A DNA stretch of 64,000 nt from Candidatus Latescibacterota bacterium (GTDB lineage Bacteria > Latescibacterota > UBA2968 > UBA8231): the NCBI GenBank assembly GCA_965203355.1, contig OZ241889.1, positions 3,168,001 to 3,232,000 on the forward strand, in the 5' to 3' direction. Positions within the stretch are counted from its first letter, which is position 1. The number at the start of each line of letters is the position of its first letter. This document shows, in pieces, positions 47,738 to 57,660 of this stretch. The notes beneath the pieces are model-generated. The model was not told the DNA's origin, did not search any database, and saw only the letters and a program-made list of their open reading frames with translations. Both the position numbers and the translations under genes were made by a program.

Positions 47738-49168
47738 TTGCGCTACGAAACCGTCATCGGCATGGAAGTCCACGTCGAGTTGCAAACCGCCTCCAAGATG
47801 TTTTGCGCCTGCGCGGCCGATCACTTTCAGGTGGCGGCCAACGCCCACATCTGTCCGGTGTGTACCGGCCAGCCCGGCGCCCTACCCGCAATCAACGGGC
47901 GCGCTGTCGAGCTGACGGTTATGACCGGCATGGCCCTCCATTGCCAAATCAAGCCTAGCAGCGTTTTTGCGCGCAAAAACTACGTCTATCCCGACCTGCC
48001 CAAAGGCTACCAGATCTCGCAATACGAGCAGCCCCTGTGCGAGAGCGGCTGGATCGAGATCGACGGCGAGAGCGGGCCCAAGCAAGTCGGCGTCGTCCGC
48101 GTCCACCTCGAAGAAGACACCGGCAAACTCCAGCACACCGGCCACGCCAGCCTGATAGACTACAACCGCGCCGGCGTACCGCTGATGGAAATCGTCACCG
48201 ATTCCTCGCTCCGCTCAGCCGACGAGAGCCATGCGTATTTGACCCAAATCCGCCAAATCGTCCGCTACCTTGGCGCGTCCTCCGGCGACATGGAAAAAGG
48301 GGCCATGCGCTGCGAGGCCAACATTTCGATTCGGCCCGCGGGTCGCCGCGCATTGGGCACCAAGGTCGAGGTCAAAAACCTCAACTCCTTCCGCGCTGTG
48401 CGCAGCGCCATCGCCTACGAAGCCGAGCGCCAGCAGCGCATCGTCGAAGCCGGCGGCCACGTCCAACAAGAGACCATGGGCTGGGACGAACGCGCCCACG
48501 TCACCCGTCCGCAGCGCAGCAAAGAGACCTCGGACGACTACCGCTACTTCCCGGAGCCCGACCTGCTCGTCGCCGAGTTAGACCCCGAGTGGATCGCCCG
48601 AGTCCGCGCCCGCTTGCCCGAGTTGCCGGCGGCCAAAGCCACGCGCTTCGCCGATTCGTACGGACTCAACCCCCCAGCGATCGCCGCCTTGGTCGAAGAC
48701 CATGCCGTGGCCGAGTACTTTGAGCAAGCCGCCCAGCTACCAGGCGCCGATCCCAAGCAAGTGAGCAACTGGATCACCGGGGAAGTCTTTCGCCGCCTCA
48801 ACGCCGAGGGCCGGTCCATTGAGGACGTCAAGGTCCAGCCAGCCGCGCTCGTCGAGCTGCTCTCCTTAGTCGACAAGGGCACGATCAACCAAAACGCGGC
48901 CCGCAAAATCTTTAGCCAACTGTGGGAACAGGGCGGCTCGCCCACCGCAATCGTCGCCGCACGCGGTCTCGGGCAAATCTCCGACAGCGGCGCACTAGAC
49001 CAAGCGGTGGCCGACGTGATTGCGGCGCATCCCGCCGCGGTCGAAAAAATCAAGGGCGGCAACCACAACACCGTGCAATTTCTGATGGGGCAAGTAATGC
49101 GGGCGACGCGGGGAAAAGCCAATCCGCAACTCGTGCGAGAATTGTTGCACAAGCAGTTGGAAATATAA
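47738..49168 (+). CDS. gatB: Asp/Glu-tRNA amidotransferase subunit B
   Basis: [45 protein letters not shown] and [10 protein letters not shown]. Confidence 0.97.
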   Translation: MRYETVIGMEVHVELQTASKMFCACAADHFQVAANAHICPVCTGQPGALPAINGRAVELTVMTGMALHCQIKPSSVFARKNYVYPDLPKGYQISQYEQPLCESGWIEIDGESGPKQVGVVRVHLEEDTGKLQHTGHASLIDYNRAGVPLMEIVTDSSLRSADESHAYLTQIRQIVRYLGASSGDMEKGAMRCEANISIRPAGRRALGTKVEVKNLNSFRAVRSAIAYEAERQQRIVEAGGHVQQETMGWDERAHVTRPQRSKETSDDYRYFPEPDLLVAELDPEWIARVRARLPELPAAKATRFADSYGLNPPAIAALVEDHAVAEYFEQAAQLPGADPKQVSNWITGEVFRRLNAEGRSIEDVKVQPAALVELLSLVDKGTINQNAARKIFSQLWEQGGSPTAIVAARGLGQISDSGALDQAVADVIAAHPAAVEKIKGGNHNTVQFLMGQVMRATRGKANPQLVRELLHKQLEI

Positions 49169-49190
49169 AGCCGTCTCCACCTCGCGGGGA

Positions 49191-50348
49191 CTACAACGCG
49201 AGATCGCCAATTTTCTTCAACGGCAGCGCCGTTATATCCTCGGCGAGCGGATACGCCAAATCGCCGGGATAGACCACCCAAAGATGCTCAAGCCCTAAAT
49301 CCGCGAGGACGACGCGCATGGATTTTGTCGTGCGCGGGGCATCGGTGCATTGGAACTCGAAACCGTAGCGTTTGCTCCGTCGCAGCAACAGCAGATCCAG
49401 CTCGGCACCGCGTTGCGTGGCGTAGAAATAGGCTTGGTCCTGACCGTGCGCAAGCAGCGTCTGTTCGAGCGCGAACCCCTCCCAGCTAGCGCCGTAGCGT
49501 GGGTGCATGGCCAGTTCCGCCATGTCTTCAACCCCCAGCAGGAAGTGCAAAATACCGCTGTCGCGCAGGTACACCTTGGGGGATTTCACCATCCGCTTGC
49601 CCAAGTTCTCAAACCACGGCGGCAGCACCCGAATCACAAAGGTACCAGCGAGTAGATCGCGGTAGTGGTTCACCGCCGTGGCACTCACATCCATGGAACG
49701 GCCCAGTTCCGCCGCGTTCCAAGTTTGTCCGTGGTAATGCGCCAACATGCGCCAGAAGCGGCCCAATGCTTCCGGCGACACTTTGGAGCCCAACCCGCGG
49801 ATGTCCCGCTCGAGAAACGTGCGCGAGAACGACTGCATCCACCGCTTCCATGCCGCTGTTGATCGCGCCAGCCAAGCACGCGGAAAGCCGCCGCATATCC
49901 AAAGCCTATCCTGGTGCTCCGGCCCCACCTCCGCCAACGAGAAGCCACCCACATCCACAAACAGAATCCGCCCGGCCAGCGTCTCTGAGATGCCTTGAAT
50001 CAGGTCCCAAGAGGCACTGCCAAGCAGCAGAAAGACGGCCTTCCGGTTCGGGTCGTCGCACACCGGGCGCAGCACTTGGAACAGGGCCGGTAGGCGTTGC
50101 ACCTCGTCGATGACGATCAAGCCCTCGCTGTTGCGCAACAAAGTTTCCGGGGTTTGCGACAAGGCTTCGCGGACCGCCGGGACTTCTAAGTCGAATGCCG
50201 TCAATTGCCCCGGCCACGCCGCTGCAACCTGTCGCGCCAACGTCGTCTTGCCGACCTGTCGGGCACCGAGCAAGGCCACGGTCGGCACTTCTTCGAGGCC
50301 GCTAACGACCTCGGAAAGCAGGGCCGAGCGCGGTATAAATTGTTGCAT
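49191..50348 (-). CDS. AAA+ ATPase with DUF4143 domain
   Basis: GARQVGKT, IIDEVQ, GGFP, KSPKVYLRDSG and GAELDLLL. Confidence 0.9.
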   Translation of the reverse strand: MQQFIPRSALLSEVVSGLEEVPTVALLGARQVGKTTLARQVAAAWPGQLTAFDLEVPAVREALSQTPETLLRNSEGLIVIDEVQRLPALFQVLRPVCDDPNRKAVFLLLGSASWDLIQGISETLAGRILFVDVGGFSLAEVGPEHQDRLWICGGFPRAWLARSTAAWKRWMQSFSRTFLERDIRGLGSKVSPEALGRFWRMLAHYHGQTWNAAELGRSMDVSATAVNHYRDLLAGTFVIRVLPPWFENLGKRMVKSPKVYLRDSGILHFLLGVEDMAELAMHPRYGASWEGFALEQTLLAHGQDQAYFYATQRGAELDLLLLRRSKRYGFEFQCTDAPRTTKSMRVVLADLGLEHLWVVYPGDLAYPLAEDITALPLKKIGDLAL

Positions 50349-50679
50349 ATCGTTTATCTACCATTGGATTTTCAACAAAAATCCCCGGCCCTCGCCCGAT
50401 CACCAGAGCCGGGGAACGCCGTAGCCATCAAAAAGCGGTTCAATGGAAACGAGCACCAAATGGTCGGACCTGTCAACGGGATCGCGGTGCGGCCCCGGCA
50501 AGAACCCAGCACACACGGCGTACTCTACGGCGACCGACAGTTCCCTGAAATTCTGACCCGCTATCGAGAGCCAGTGCGGCGGCCGGGAATTGCCAACTCC
50601 GCGAGAATAAAATTAGCTGAGGATGTCGCTAACCGGAAAACCCAGCAAGCACTGGAAAGCCTTGCCAACTCGGCCCCGC

Positions 50680-53600
50680 TCAGCGCACCAACGCCAAACG
50701 CCCCACCGCAACGAATGAATCCGCTGTCAAGCGATAGAAGTAAACCCCCGAAGCCACCGCCCTCCCCTCTTGGTCGCGCCCATCCCAGACGAATCTATAG
50801 CGGCCAGCCGCTAACGGCCCCTCCACGAGGTGGCGGGCAGGCCGCCCCAGCCCATCGTAGAGCACCAGTGCAACCACCGCCGCCTTCGGCAAATCAAACG
50901 ACAGCGCGACCGCGGCGTTGAAGGGGTTGGGATAGGCCGGGTGCAGCGCAAAGTCAGCGGGCAGCACCACCGCCTTGGAGGCATCTTTCTCCGTCCACGC
51001 CACCGCCCCTTCGATCTGCGCGGCAATGGCTGCGCTGTCAGCCCCGCTCCAGTCATTGTCTTGGGCGTTCAACTCCTCGGCAGCCAAATTCTCAATGGCC
51101 ACAGTATTGTTGGCAAAGGTGTTGCCGCCAATCGCCTTCGGCACCCGGGGGCCTTCGACCCGAATAGCCACCGTATTATCCGCAAAGCGATTGCCGAAAA
51201 TGTGCGGCGCAGAATTCGCGGATTGAATGGCTGGGGTCCCGCGGACAAACTCGCTGGCGCGAATCTCCAACGACTCCACGCCCGTCAACGCCAAACTCCG
51301 CCCCCCGACAAACGAGCCCCGCTCAATCGCCCCTCGCGTCCCCGGCCCTAAGCGCAGGCCGGCCGCAACATGCGCCCTAAACGTCGAGTTCCATATCTCG
51401 ACCAGCGACCCAGCGATTTCGGCACCGGCGCGCAAGTTGCGCTCCACCAGCACCTGCGCCAAGGCCAAGCGCGTTGCCCCTCCAGCGCGCAAGCCATCAC
51501 CTTGGTTGGCGACGAAGCGGCTGTTGTGCAATTCCACCGCGCCCTGCCACGCTGTCAAATCCATGCCGTGCCCGGTGTTTTGCTCAATCTGCGACTCCCA
51601 CATCTCAATGCGCTGGCCGCGCCCCCCAATGGCTCGCACCCCAACCCGTGGGTCGTCCGGGTCGAGGCGACCATTGTCAATCACAGCGACGCGGATGGCT
51701 TCCAAGGATGCGTTGTTGAGCAGGATCCCCTCCTGGCCGTTGCCTTCAATCGCGACGTTGCGCAACGCGAGTTGCCCGCTACCGGCCATGAGCAAGGCCG
51801 GGCCAGCAATGGTGGTAAATTCGCTCCGATCTACCTGGGCTCGGCCATTGAGCATCAGCCGCAGGCCGTTGCCGCCGCTTTCGCGCACGGCCGAGTCGGC
51901 AATGCGCAGGCTCGTCGCCTCGTCAATCTCGCCGCTAAAGGCAAAACCCGTGCGCGAAAGCTCGGCGTGCCGCACCTCGACTTGCGCCCCCGGCCGCACG
52001 CGAATGCCATACCACAGGCCGTCGTTCTCTGGGCCGGGATCGGTGGTTAGCTGCGCCCGCTGGCCGGCCATTCCCTCAATCGTCAAGGCACCTTCCACGA
52101 TCAACTCGGCAAAGGCCGGGGACGCGCCGCGGCGGCTCAGATCAGAGCGGCCAAAAGACACGCGGCTCGGGCCGATGTGCAGTTCGGACCCGACCGGCAC
52201 CACCAAATCCGCGTACACAGCCTGCTCGTCCAGCCACTGCGTCCGCCCCGGCGGCAAGCGGAAGCCAACGACCCCGCGCTGGGCGTGTTCAATGGCGATG
52301 GCCGCTGGATCAACCGCTTGACCGTCAAGCAGGTAAATGCCCGACCAATCCAAGGGGCCGGGGCGCACCGCACTCGACGCAAACGATGCACCCTCGCCGA
52401 TTTTGAGCGCACCATAGACAATCAACTCGCTGCGATCTGGATCAAATCCCGTGCCCAGTGCGTCGCCGCGGGCAAAGCGCACCTCTGTACCAGCGTCAAT
52501 GGTCAGCGTGGCGCCCGGCAGCACGATCACGTCCCGGTCCAAATCCACCGGACCCGTCCACATCGCATCGCCGACAATGTGGCCCGGGCGTTGTTGCCGC
52601 ACCACATCGACGACCATCGCGGCACCTTGTGGGCGGATGTTGTCTATGGCCATGCTCAGCGGCACGTTCCGCGCAAAGCCCGCGTGGCCACTGAAGGCCG
52701 GATTCGTGTCCCAAGCGAAGCGACGGAATCGCACGCCGTCAAAAGGATCGGTCGCATCGCCTTTGTTGCCATTGTGGGCCGAAGCATACGCTGCGTCCCG
52801 CGCCCAAAAGTCGAGATTGTCCCGTCCTGCCACCGCATCGGGATTGCCATTGGGAAAGCCCCGGTCGGCAAAAAGCCCATCCGCGCAGACTAAATCGACC
52901 TGTTTGTGCCGCTCTTCGTCGTTGTCGGCTTGCTCGTCTATGTGCCAGATGAGCAAGCCATCTTGCGGGATATTGCGGTTGTAGTATGAGCCATCGGCGC
53001 GCCGGTATTCCAGCAGGAAGTACTCGTCTTGGGTCAGGGGGATTTTGTACGCTTGGCGATCGCGGAAGATCTCCCCGATCGCCAGTCCGGCCACGCTCCC
53101 TTCCACTTCCACCACCTCGATCCAACCGAGCGTGGCTAGCGACCACGCCGAAAAGGCATTGGGGCCATCTTCGACGCCCCAACCGAGCGTCCCCCAGCCC
53201 ATGATCCCCCAATTGCCAATGCCCGCAGAATCCTCCTCCGGGGCCAACTCGGCCCCGGTCAATGCCGTCTGATCGAAGAGATCGGGCAATCCCAACACGT
53301 GCGCGAACTCGTGGCACATCGTCGAGGCCGTAATGCTGAAGGTGTGCCCGCGCTGTGTGGTGCCGCCGAAACCCGTGAAGCGGCTCCGCACCCGCACAAA
53401 GCCACCGCCGACGGCCGGATCGCCGCTAATGTAATCGGCGTCCAGCCCCAGACTGGCGATGCCAGTGGCCGCGCCGATGAAGAAATCGCGGGGAGCCGTA
53501 TGCAAGTTGATAAAGACGATATCGACATACCCGTCGTCGTCTCCTGAGTTGGGCACTCCGTCGGGGCCGTCGTTGTCAAAGAGCCCAAAATCGGCGTCCG

Positions 53601-53985
53601 CGTCGGCGGCAGTGAGTATCTCCAAGTTGAAGCGCCCGAATTGACCGCGGCTTCCCGGGACCTCGGCTAGATAGGTCTGGACGCTGTCACGCGAGCGATA
53701 GCGCCGCGGCAGAACCTCGCCATTGACGTGCATCCGCCCCCCGGACATCGCGCGGTAGAAGTGGGCAAAACTGCCGGGCAACGCCGCGTCGAAAAGGTCA
53801 TAGGCCCACGAGGGCGCAGTGGCCGAGGCTTTCTCATCTGCAAACTGCGCGAAGATGACTAATGCACTCAGATGCTCTGGCGTCGGCACAACCGGCTGCA
53901 CCGACGACTTCAACGCCGCGCAGGCCAACTGGGCCGCTAGGGTTTGGGATGGGAGGAGGAGAAGGAGGAATAATCGCCGCAGCAT
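50680..53985 (-). CDS. Second M6 metalloprotease with beta-helix and FlgD-Ig/T9SS-like C-terminal domain
   Basis: CHEFAHVLGLPDLFD; same DNDGPDGVPNSGDDDGYVD; AYPNPFN...WDGRDQ.GR.VASGVY. Confidence 0.88.
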   Translation of the reverse strand: MLRRLFLLLLLPSQTLAAQLACAALKSSVQPVVPTPEHLSALVIFAQFADEKASATAPSWAYDLFDAALPGSFAHFYRAMSGGRMHVNGEVLPRRYRSRDSVQTYLAEVPGSRGQFGRFNLEILTAADADADFGLFDNDGPDGVPNSGDDDGYVDIVFINLHTAPRDFFIGAATGIASLGLDADYISGDPAVGGGFVRVRSRFTGFGGTTQRGHTFSITASTMCHEFAHVLGLPDLFDQTALTGAELAPEEDSAGIGNWGIMGWGTLGWGVEDGPNAFSAWSLATLGWIEVVEVEGSVAGLAIGEIFRDRQAYKIPLTQDEYFLLEYRRADGSYYNRNIPQDGLLIWHIDEQADNDEERHKQVDLVCADGLFADRGFPNGNPDAVAGRDNLDFWARDAAYASAHNGNKGDATDPFDGVRFRRFAWDTNPAFSGHAGFARNVPLSMAIDNIRPQGAAMVVDVVRQQRPGHIVGDAMWTGPVDLDRDVIVLPGATLTIDAGTEVRFARGDALGTGFDPDRSELIVYGALKIGEGASFASSAVRPGPLDWSGIYLLDGQAVDPAAIAIEHAQRGVVGFRLPPGRTQWLDEQAVYADLVVPVGSELHIGPSRVSFGRSDLSRRGASPAFAELIVEGALTIEGMAGQRAQLTTDPGPENDGLWYGIRVRPGAQVEVRHAELSRTGFAFSGEIDEATSLRIADSAVRESGGNGLRLMLNGRAQVDRSEFTTIAGPALLMAGSGQLALRNVAIEGNGQEGILLNNASLEAIRVAVIDNGRLDPDDPRVGVRAIGGRGQRIEMWESQIEQNTGHGMDLTAWQGAVELHNSRFVANQGDGLRAGGATRLALAQVLVERNLRAGAEIAGSLVEIWNSTFRAHVAAGLRLGPGTRGAIERGSFVGGRSLALTGVESLEIRASEFVRGTPAIQSANSAPHIFGNRFADNTVAIRVEGPRVPKAIGGNTFANNTVAIENLAAEELNAQDNDWSGADSAAIAAQIEGAVAWTEKDASKAVVLPADFALHPAYPNPFNAAVALSFDLPKAAVVALVLYDGLGRPARHLVEGPLAAGRYRFVWDGRDQEGRAVASGVYFYRLTADSFVAVGRLALVR

Positions 53986-54163
53986 GAAGTGTTCACATCA
54001 TCAGATCAAACTGTGTGTTGCGTAGTTGATCTGTCGAGCTTTACTGGAATCAAAGATTTTCAAACGCCTAATTTTGTTCAACTTCCCTATTAGTGCCCGC
54101 CAGCTAATTGGATTGCCAGACCAATGAGCTGTTTTAGCTGTTCTCTACTACTGCGTCGAGAAG

Positions 54164-54229
54164 CTACAAACTCTCCCAAACGGATCGACTGGCCTCGGCC
54201 TGCTGTAAAATCTTGTTCAAAACGCCTCT
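54164..54229 (-). pseudogene. C-terminal remnant of a HicA toxin
   Basis: RGVLNKILQQAEASRSVWESL* resembles the HicA C-terminal helices; no start codon or catalytic GxH segment. Confidence 0.55.
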
Positions 54230-54426
54230 GGCAGTGGGTGATCCATTCTCAACCCAAGGATGATCCAGCCTTCAAGCACAGATTGCAATTCTTCACGGCA
54301 CTGTTCTAAGGTATCCGCATTTGCATACACCCCTTGAAAGCCAGCGATTTCCCCATAAAACGTTTGATCGTCGAGAGTCTCGTATGTAGCGTACTTCATC
54401 GCCGATTGAATATAGGCCGTTAGCAT
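54217..54426 (-). CDS. hicB: HicB-family antitoxin
   Basis: MLTAYIQSAM..A.YE.L.D..FYGEI..F.GVYA...TLE.C.EEL..VLEGWI. Confidence 0.85.
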   Translation of the reverse strand: MLTAYIQSAMKYATYETLDDQTFYGEIAGFQGVYANADTLEQCREELQSVLEGWIILGLRMDHPLPEAF

Positions 54427-54508
54427 AGAATGCTCACTTTCAAGGTTCATTCCATAGGGACATGATGTTCTATGGAAAAACGCGCTAGTGTCGCCCCAAC
54501 GCTATCCA

Positions 54509-55936
54509 TCAAAACGTATCGAACGGCGTCTGTCGGCATTCGCGGATGAATTCGGTGGCTTCGCGGTCATAGGTGAGGAAGGGGTCGTCGAGGTTGAGAA
54601 ACTTATCGTCGCCCACGCAAATGGAATCCCAATCAATTTGATAGCGCGTCTTCTGGTCGGTCAGCGCCCTCATCACGCGCGAGCGCACACTGGCGCGAGT
54701 ATCAACCGGGGGGTGCGTGATGGCTTGATTGATCTGCTCGTCGCTGACAACTCGCTTGACCATCCCGCGCTCGTACAGGTCGAAGTAGAGGCTCCGCGCC
54801 GTGTTGAGATTGTGGTATTCCAAATCCAAACTTTGGATCCAAGTATCCTGCCAGTCCAGCCCCTCTTCCCGCATGAAGTACTCCAAGAGCCATTTCTTGG
54901 CCACCCAATCGACGCGATCGACCAAGCACTGCGGATCGTGCTCTAAGGCGTCGATGACAAAGCGCCACTCGTCCAACACCCAGTCGCCCTCTTCGTCCCG
55001 GCCGCGCAAATGGCGGTCGGCCAGGTCGAGATACGCGCGCTGGATCTCGGTCGCCGTAGTGTAGCGACCATCCTCTAGCTGCACTTCCCAGCGATAGGTC
55101 ATGTCGCGCGAAATCTCGCGGATGGCTTGCACCGGGTCGAGGAGCTTGATGTCGTCGCAGACCCCGCGCTCTTGCTCTTCCAAAAGCTGCAACAACAAGG
55201 CCGTGGTCCCCACCTTTAGCGCCGTGGCGTACTCCATCATATTCGAGTCGCCCACCAGCAGGTGCAAGCGGCGGTACAACCCCCAATCGGCCAGTGGCTC
55301 GTCGCGCGTGTTGATAATTGCGCGGCTAAACTGAATCCACTGGTAGATCTCCGTGACGATATGGTCGGCCCGTTGTGATAGCTGGAATCCAACGCTTTCG
55401 TCTTCGGCATTGCCGTACTCGAAAATATCCGTGTGGCAACCCACGCGGCCAGCACCGGCGAATATCTGGCGGGTGACAAAAAAAGGCAGCATGGTCGGCA
55501 GCAGCACTTGCGAAAACGGCACCTCTCGCCGCACGAGATAGTTTTCGTGGCAGCCAAACGTAGCCCCGGTGTAGTGGTCGATATTGTTCTTGAAAAAGGC
55601 CGCGCTATCAGCCAAGCCAAGCTGATCTAGCGCGCGCTGCACCAACCGATCACCGGCCCGATCCGTAGCCACCAAATCAAAAAGCCCGGTGCATTCTGGA
55701 GTGGCGTATTCGAGATGGCCCATGTCGATGTACATGCGCCCGCCATTAAAAAGAAAGCCGCCGTTGCCGGGCGGCTCATCTCGGCCTCGATAGTGCATAT
55801 CAATAAGGCCCAAGTCCTCGCGGTAGAACACCCAGTCCTTGACCTTTATCGACACAAAATCGGGACTCAAAAAGGGATCTGAAGCCGGCGGCAGACAACC
55901 GTACTCGGTTTCCAGCCCGTAGATGCGCCCTTCCAT
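54509..55936 (-). CDS. pafA: Pup/UBact--protein ligase
   Basis: GLETEYG, NGGR.Y.D.GH.EYATPEC, FKNN.D...TFGCHENY, R.IINTRDEP and RRLH...GDSNM. Confidence 0.88.
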   Translation of the reverse strand: MEGRIYGLETEYGCLPPASDPFLSPDFVSIKVKDWVFYREDLGLIDMHYRGRDEPPGNGGFLFNGGRMYIDMGHLEYATPECTGLFDLVATDRAGDRLVQRALDQLGLADSAAFFKNNIDHYTGATFGCHENYLVRREVPFSQVLLPTMLPFFVTRQIFAGAGRVGCHTDIFEYGNAEDESVGFQLSQRADHIVTEIYQWIQFSRAIINTRDEPLADWGLYRRLHLLVGDSNMMEYATALKVGTTALLLQLLEEQERGVCDDIKLLDPVQAIREISRDMTYRWEVQLEDGRYTTATEIQRAYLDLADRHLRGRDEEGDWVLDEWRFVIDALEHDPQCLVDRVDWVAKKWLLEYFMREEGLDWQDTWIQSLDLEYHNLNTARSLYFDLYERGMVKRVVSDEQINQAITHPPVDTRASVRSRVMRALTDQKTRYQIDWDSICVGDDKFLNLDDPFLTYDREATEFIRECRQTPFDTF

Positions 55937-55937
55937 A

Positions 55938-56699
55938 CTAGACCTCGAAGTAGGAAGCGAGTGACGGGGCTAGTTGTTCCGCGGTGAGCAGGCCGAACTT
56001 CGACTTGGCGGCGCGGTCGCGGTCGAGCACGGCGGCCTCGACTGTCAGCCCTCGCAAACCGCCTTTTAGAAAATCGCGCACAGCCTCTACGCTGGGCACC
56101 TCTCCATCGCGGGCGTCGAGCGTCAACCGACCCAATCCCCACACCTCCAACGCCGCGCTCAAGGCTTGGTCGAGGGGCAGATCTGGGCTGATCTCTTGCA
56201 GTTGTGCCGTCATCGCCTGGGCACTCGCAGCGTTGCCGCTGATGGCCGCCGTGCGACCGCTCTGGGCAAAGGACCCATCGGCGTCAATGGTAAAAAAGGC
56301 GTCGCCGCGGCCGTCCGGGTCGAGCTCGGCCATCAGCACGCGGGCGACAAACGGCGAGCGAAACAACTCGTCGAAAGACGCCTTCATCAGCGGGCCAATG
56401 CCAAAGCTGACCAATCGCTGCAAGGTCACGTCGTTGGCCGACAAGTTGAATCCATCGAGATGGGCGATGTCGATAACGGCTTTGCGCAGCTTTTCGATGT
56501 CGGCCGGGTGCCCCACGGCCGCAAAGGCAATCTCGTCGTACACCTCAAAGAGCTTGCGCGGGCCCGGGGTAGCCGTCAGCAGCAACACCCCGTCGGCATA
56601 CGTCGTGCCCACCACCGGACTGCCGCCCGCAAGCTGATCTTCCACGTACTCGCGGCGGTTGTTGATGGCTTCAACCCAGCGATAAGGTTCTTCTAACAT
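55938..56699 (-). CDS. prcA: 20S proteasome alpha subunit
   Basis: GSPVV...Y.DGVLL...KLFEVYD.IAF...G; LTVEAAVLDR; position between prcB and pafA. Confidence 0.88.
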   Translation of the reverse strand: MLEEPYRWVEAINNRREYVEDQLAGGSPVVGTTYADGVLLLTATPGPRKLFEVYDEIAFAAVGHPADIEKLRKAVIDIAHLDGFNLSANDVTLQRLVSFGIGPLMKASFDELFRSPFVARVLMAELDPDGRGDAFFTIDADGSFAQSGRTAAISGNAASAQAMTAQLQEISPDLPLDQALSAALEVWGLGRLTLDARDGEVPSVEAVRDFLKGGLRGLTVEAAVLDRDRAAKSKFGLLTAEQLAPSLASYFEV

Positions 56700-56703
56700 G
56701 CCT

Positions 56704-57462
56704 TCAAGCCCTTTGGTAGAGCGCGGCCAAATCCGCCTCGGGTACCGTGTGCAAGCCCGCGGCCGTCACCTGCACGACCTGGGGGAAAACGTGCGCAGCC
56801 TCGCGGAAGCCGCCCGTAGCCGTGTCGTATTCAGCGGCGGTCTCCAGCATCTTGAGCACCAGCTCGACCGCCTGTTCTCCAGCCATTTCTCGCAGCGGCT
56901 GCGGCCCCCAGCGGTTTTGGTAGTACAGCGCGCCGCGCACGATGTGGGCACCCGACCCAGTGGCGCAGAAATCCACGCACTCGAATTCGGCCCCCAAAAG
57001 GTCGTAAAAGAAAATTTTGCCCTCGGCGGCTGCGGGGTCAAAGGCCGCAAAAATCGGCACCACAGCGCCAATCCCCTGCATGGCCAGCGGCAAGTTCTGG
57101 CGCAATAGCCGCGACAACGTCCGCACCTTGCCGTCCAAGCTCAGCCCTTGGAGCTGGCTACGGCGGTAGTACTGCACCGACATTTCCAGCATCCGCGCAA
57201 TGTCCCACGCCACGGCCGGCGAGCCGGCAATGGCCATGACGGCTTCGTCGTCGATGATCAACACTTTGTCGGCGCGGTCGTACACCACCGAGTTGCCCAT
57301 GGTGGCGCGGCGATCGCCAGCCACCACCACCCCGTCGGCGCAGCGCACCGCTACAATCGTGGTGCCCTCGACCAGCGGCAAGGACGCTTCTGGAGTGGCA
57401 ACGGGGGCGACGGGCAAAGCCCCACGCTCCTTGAGCAAGTTGAGGAAGTCGCAGCTTTCCAT
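56704..57462 (-). CDS. prcB: 20S proteasome beta subunit
   Basis: Propeptide followed by G|TTIVAV...GVVVAGDRRAT.G; ATGSG; D.ATGG. Confidence 0.93.
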   Translation of the reverse strand: MESCDFLNLLKERGALPVAPVATPEASLPLVEGTTIVAVRCADGVVVAGDRRATMGNSVVYDRADKVLIIDDEAVMAIAGSPAVAWDIARMLEMSVQYYRRSQLQGLSLDGKVRTLSRLLRQNLPLAMQGIGAVVPIFAAFDPAAAEGKIFFYDLLGAEFECVDFCATGSGAHIVRGALYYQNRWGPQPLREMAGEQAVELVLKMLETAAEYDTATGGFREAAHVFPQVVQVTAAGLHTVPEADLAALYQRA

Positions 57463-57468
57463 CGGCCG

Positions 57469-57660
57469 CTATTGGCCGGTGCGCTGGCGGTAGCGACGCG
57501 CCTGATTGGGATCTACGCGGCGCATCCGCTTGAGGATGTCGTCCGTGCTGGGGCGCTCGACCCGCGGCCGGCGCGGGCCGGTATCCGGGCCGTCGTCGTT
57601 GCCGTCGAGCGGCTTGGTCGGCCGGGGCGCACGCTCCCGGTAGTACATAAAATCGCTCAT
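57469..57660 (-). CDS. ubact: Ubiquitin-like protein UBact
   Basis: 63-aa disordered protein ending LKRMRRVDPNQARRYRQRTGQ (UBact R[TS]G[EQ] terminus), located between dop and prcB. Confidence 0.93.
   Translation of the reverse strand: MSDFMYYRERAPRPTKPLDGNDDGPDTGPRRPRVERPSTDDILKRMRRVDPNQARRYRQRTGQ

Noticed and set aside
50349-50679. 330-bp intergenic stretch with TTGCCAACTC twice
   Set aside because: No convincing ORF, RNA structure or IS ends could be supported.
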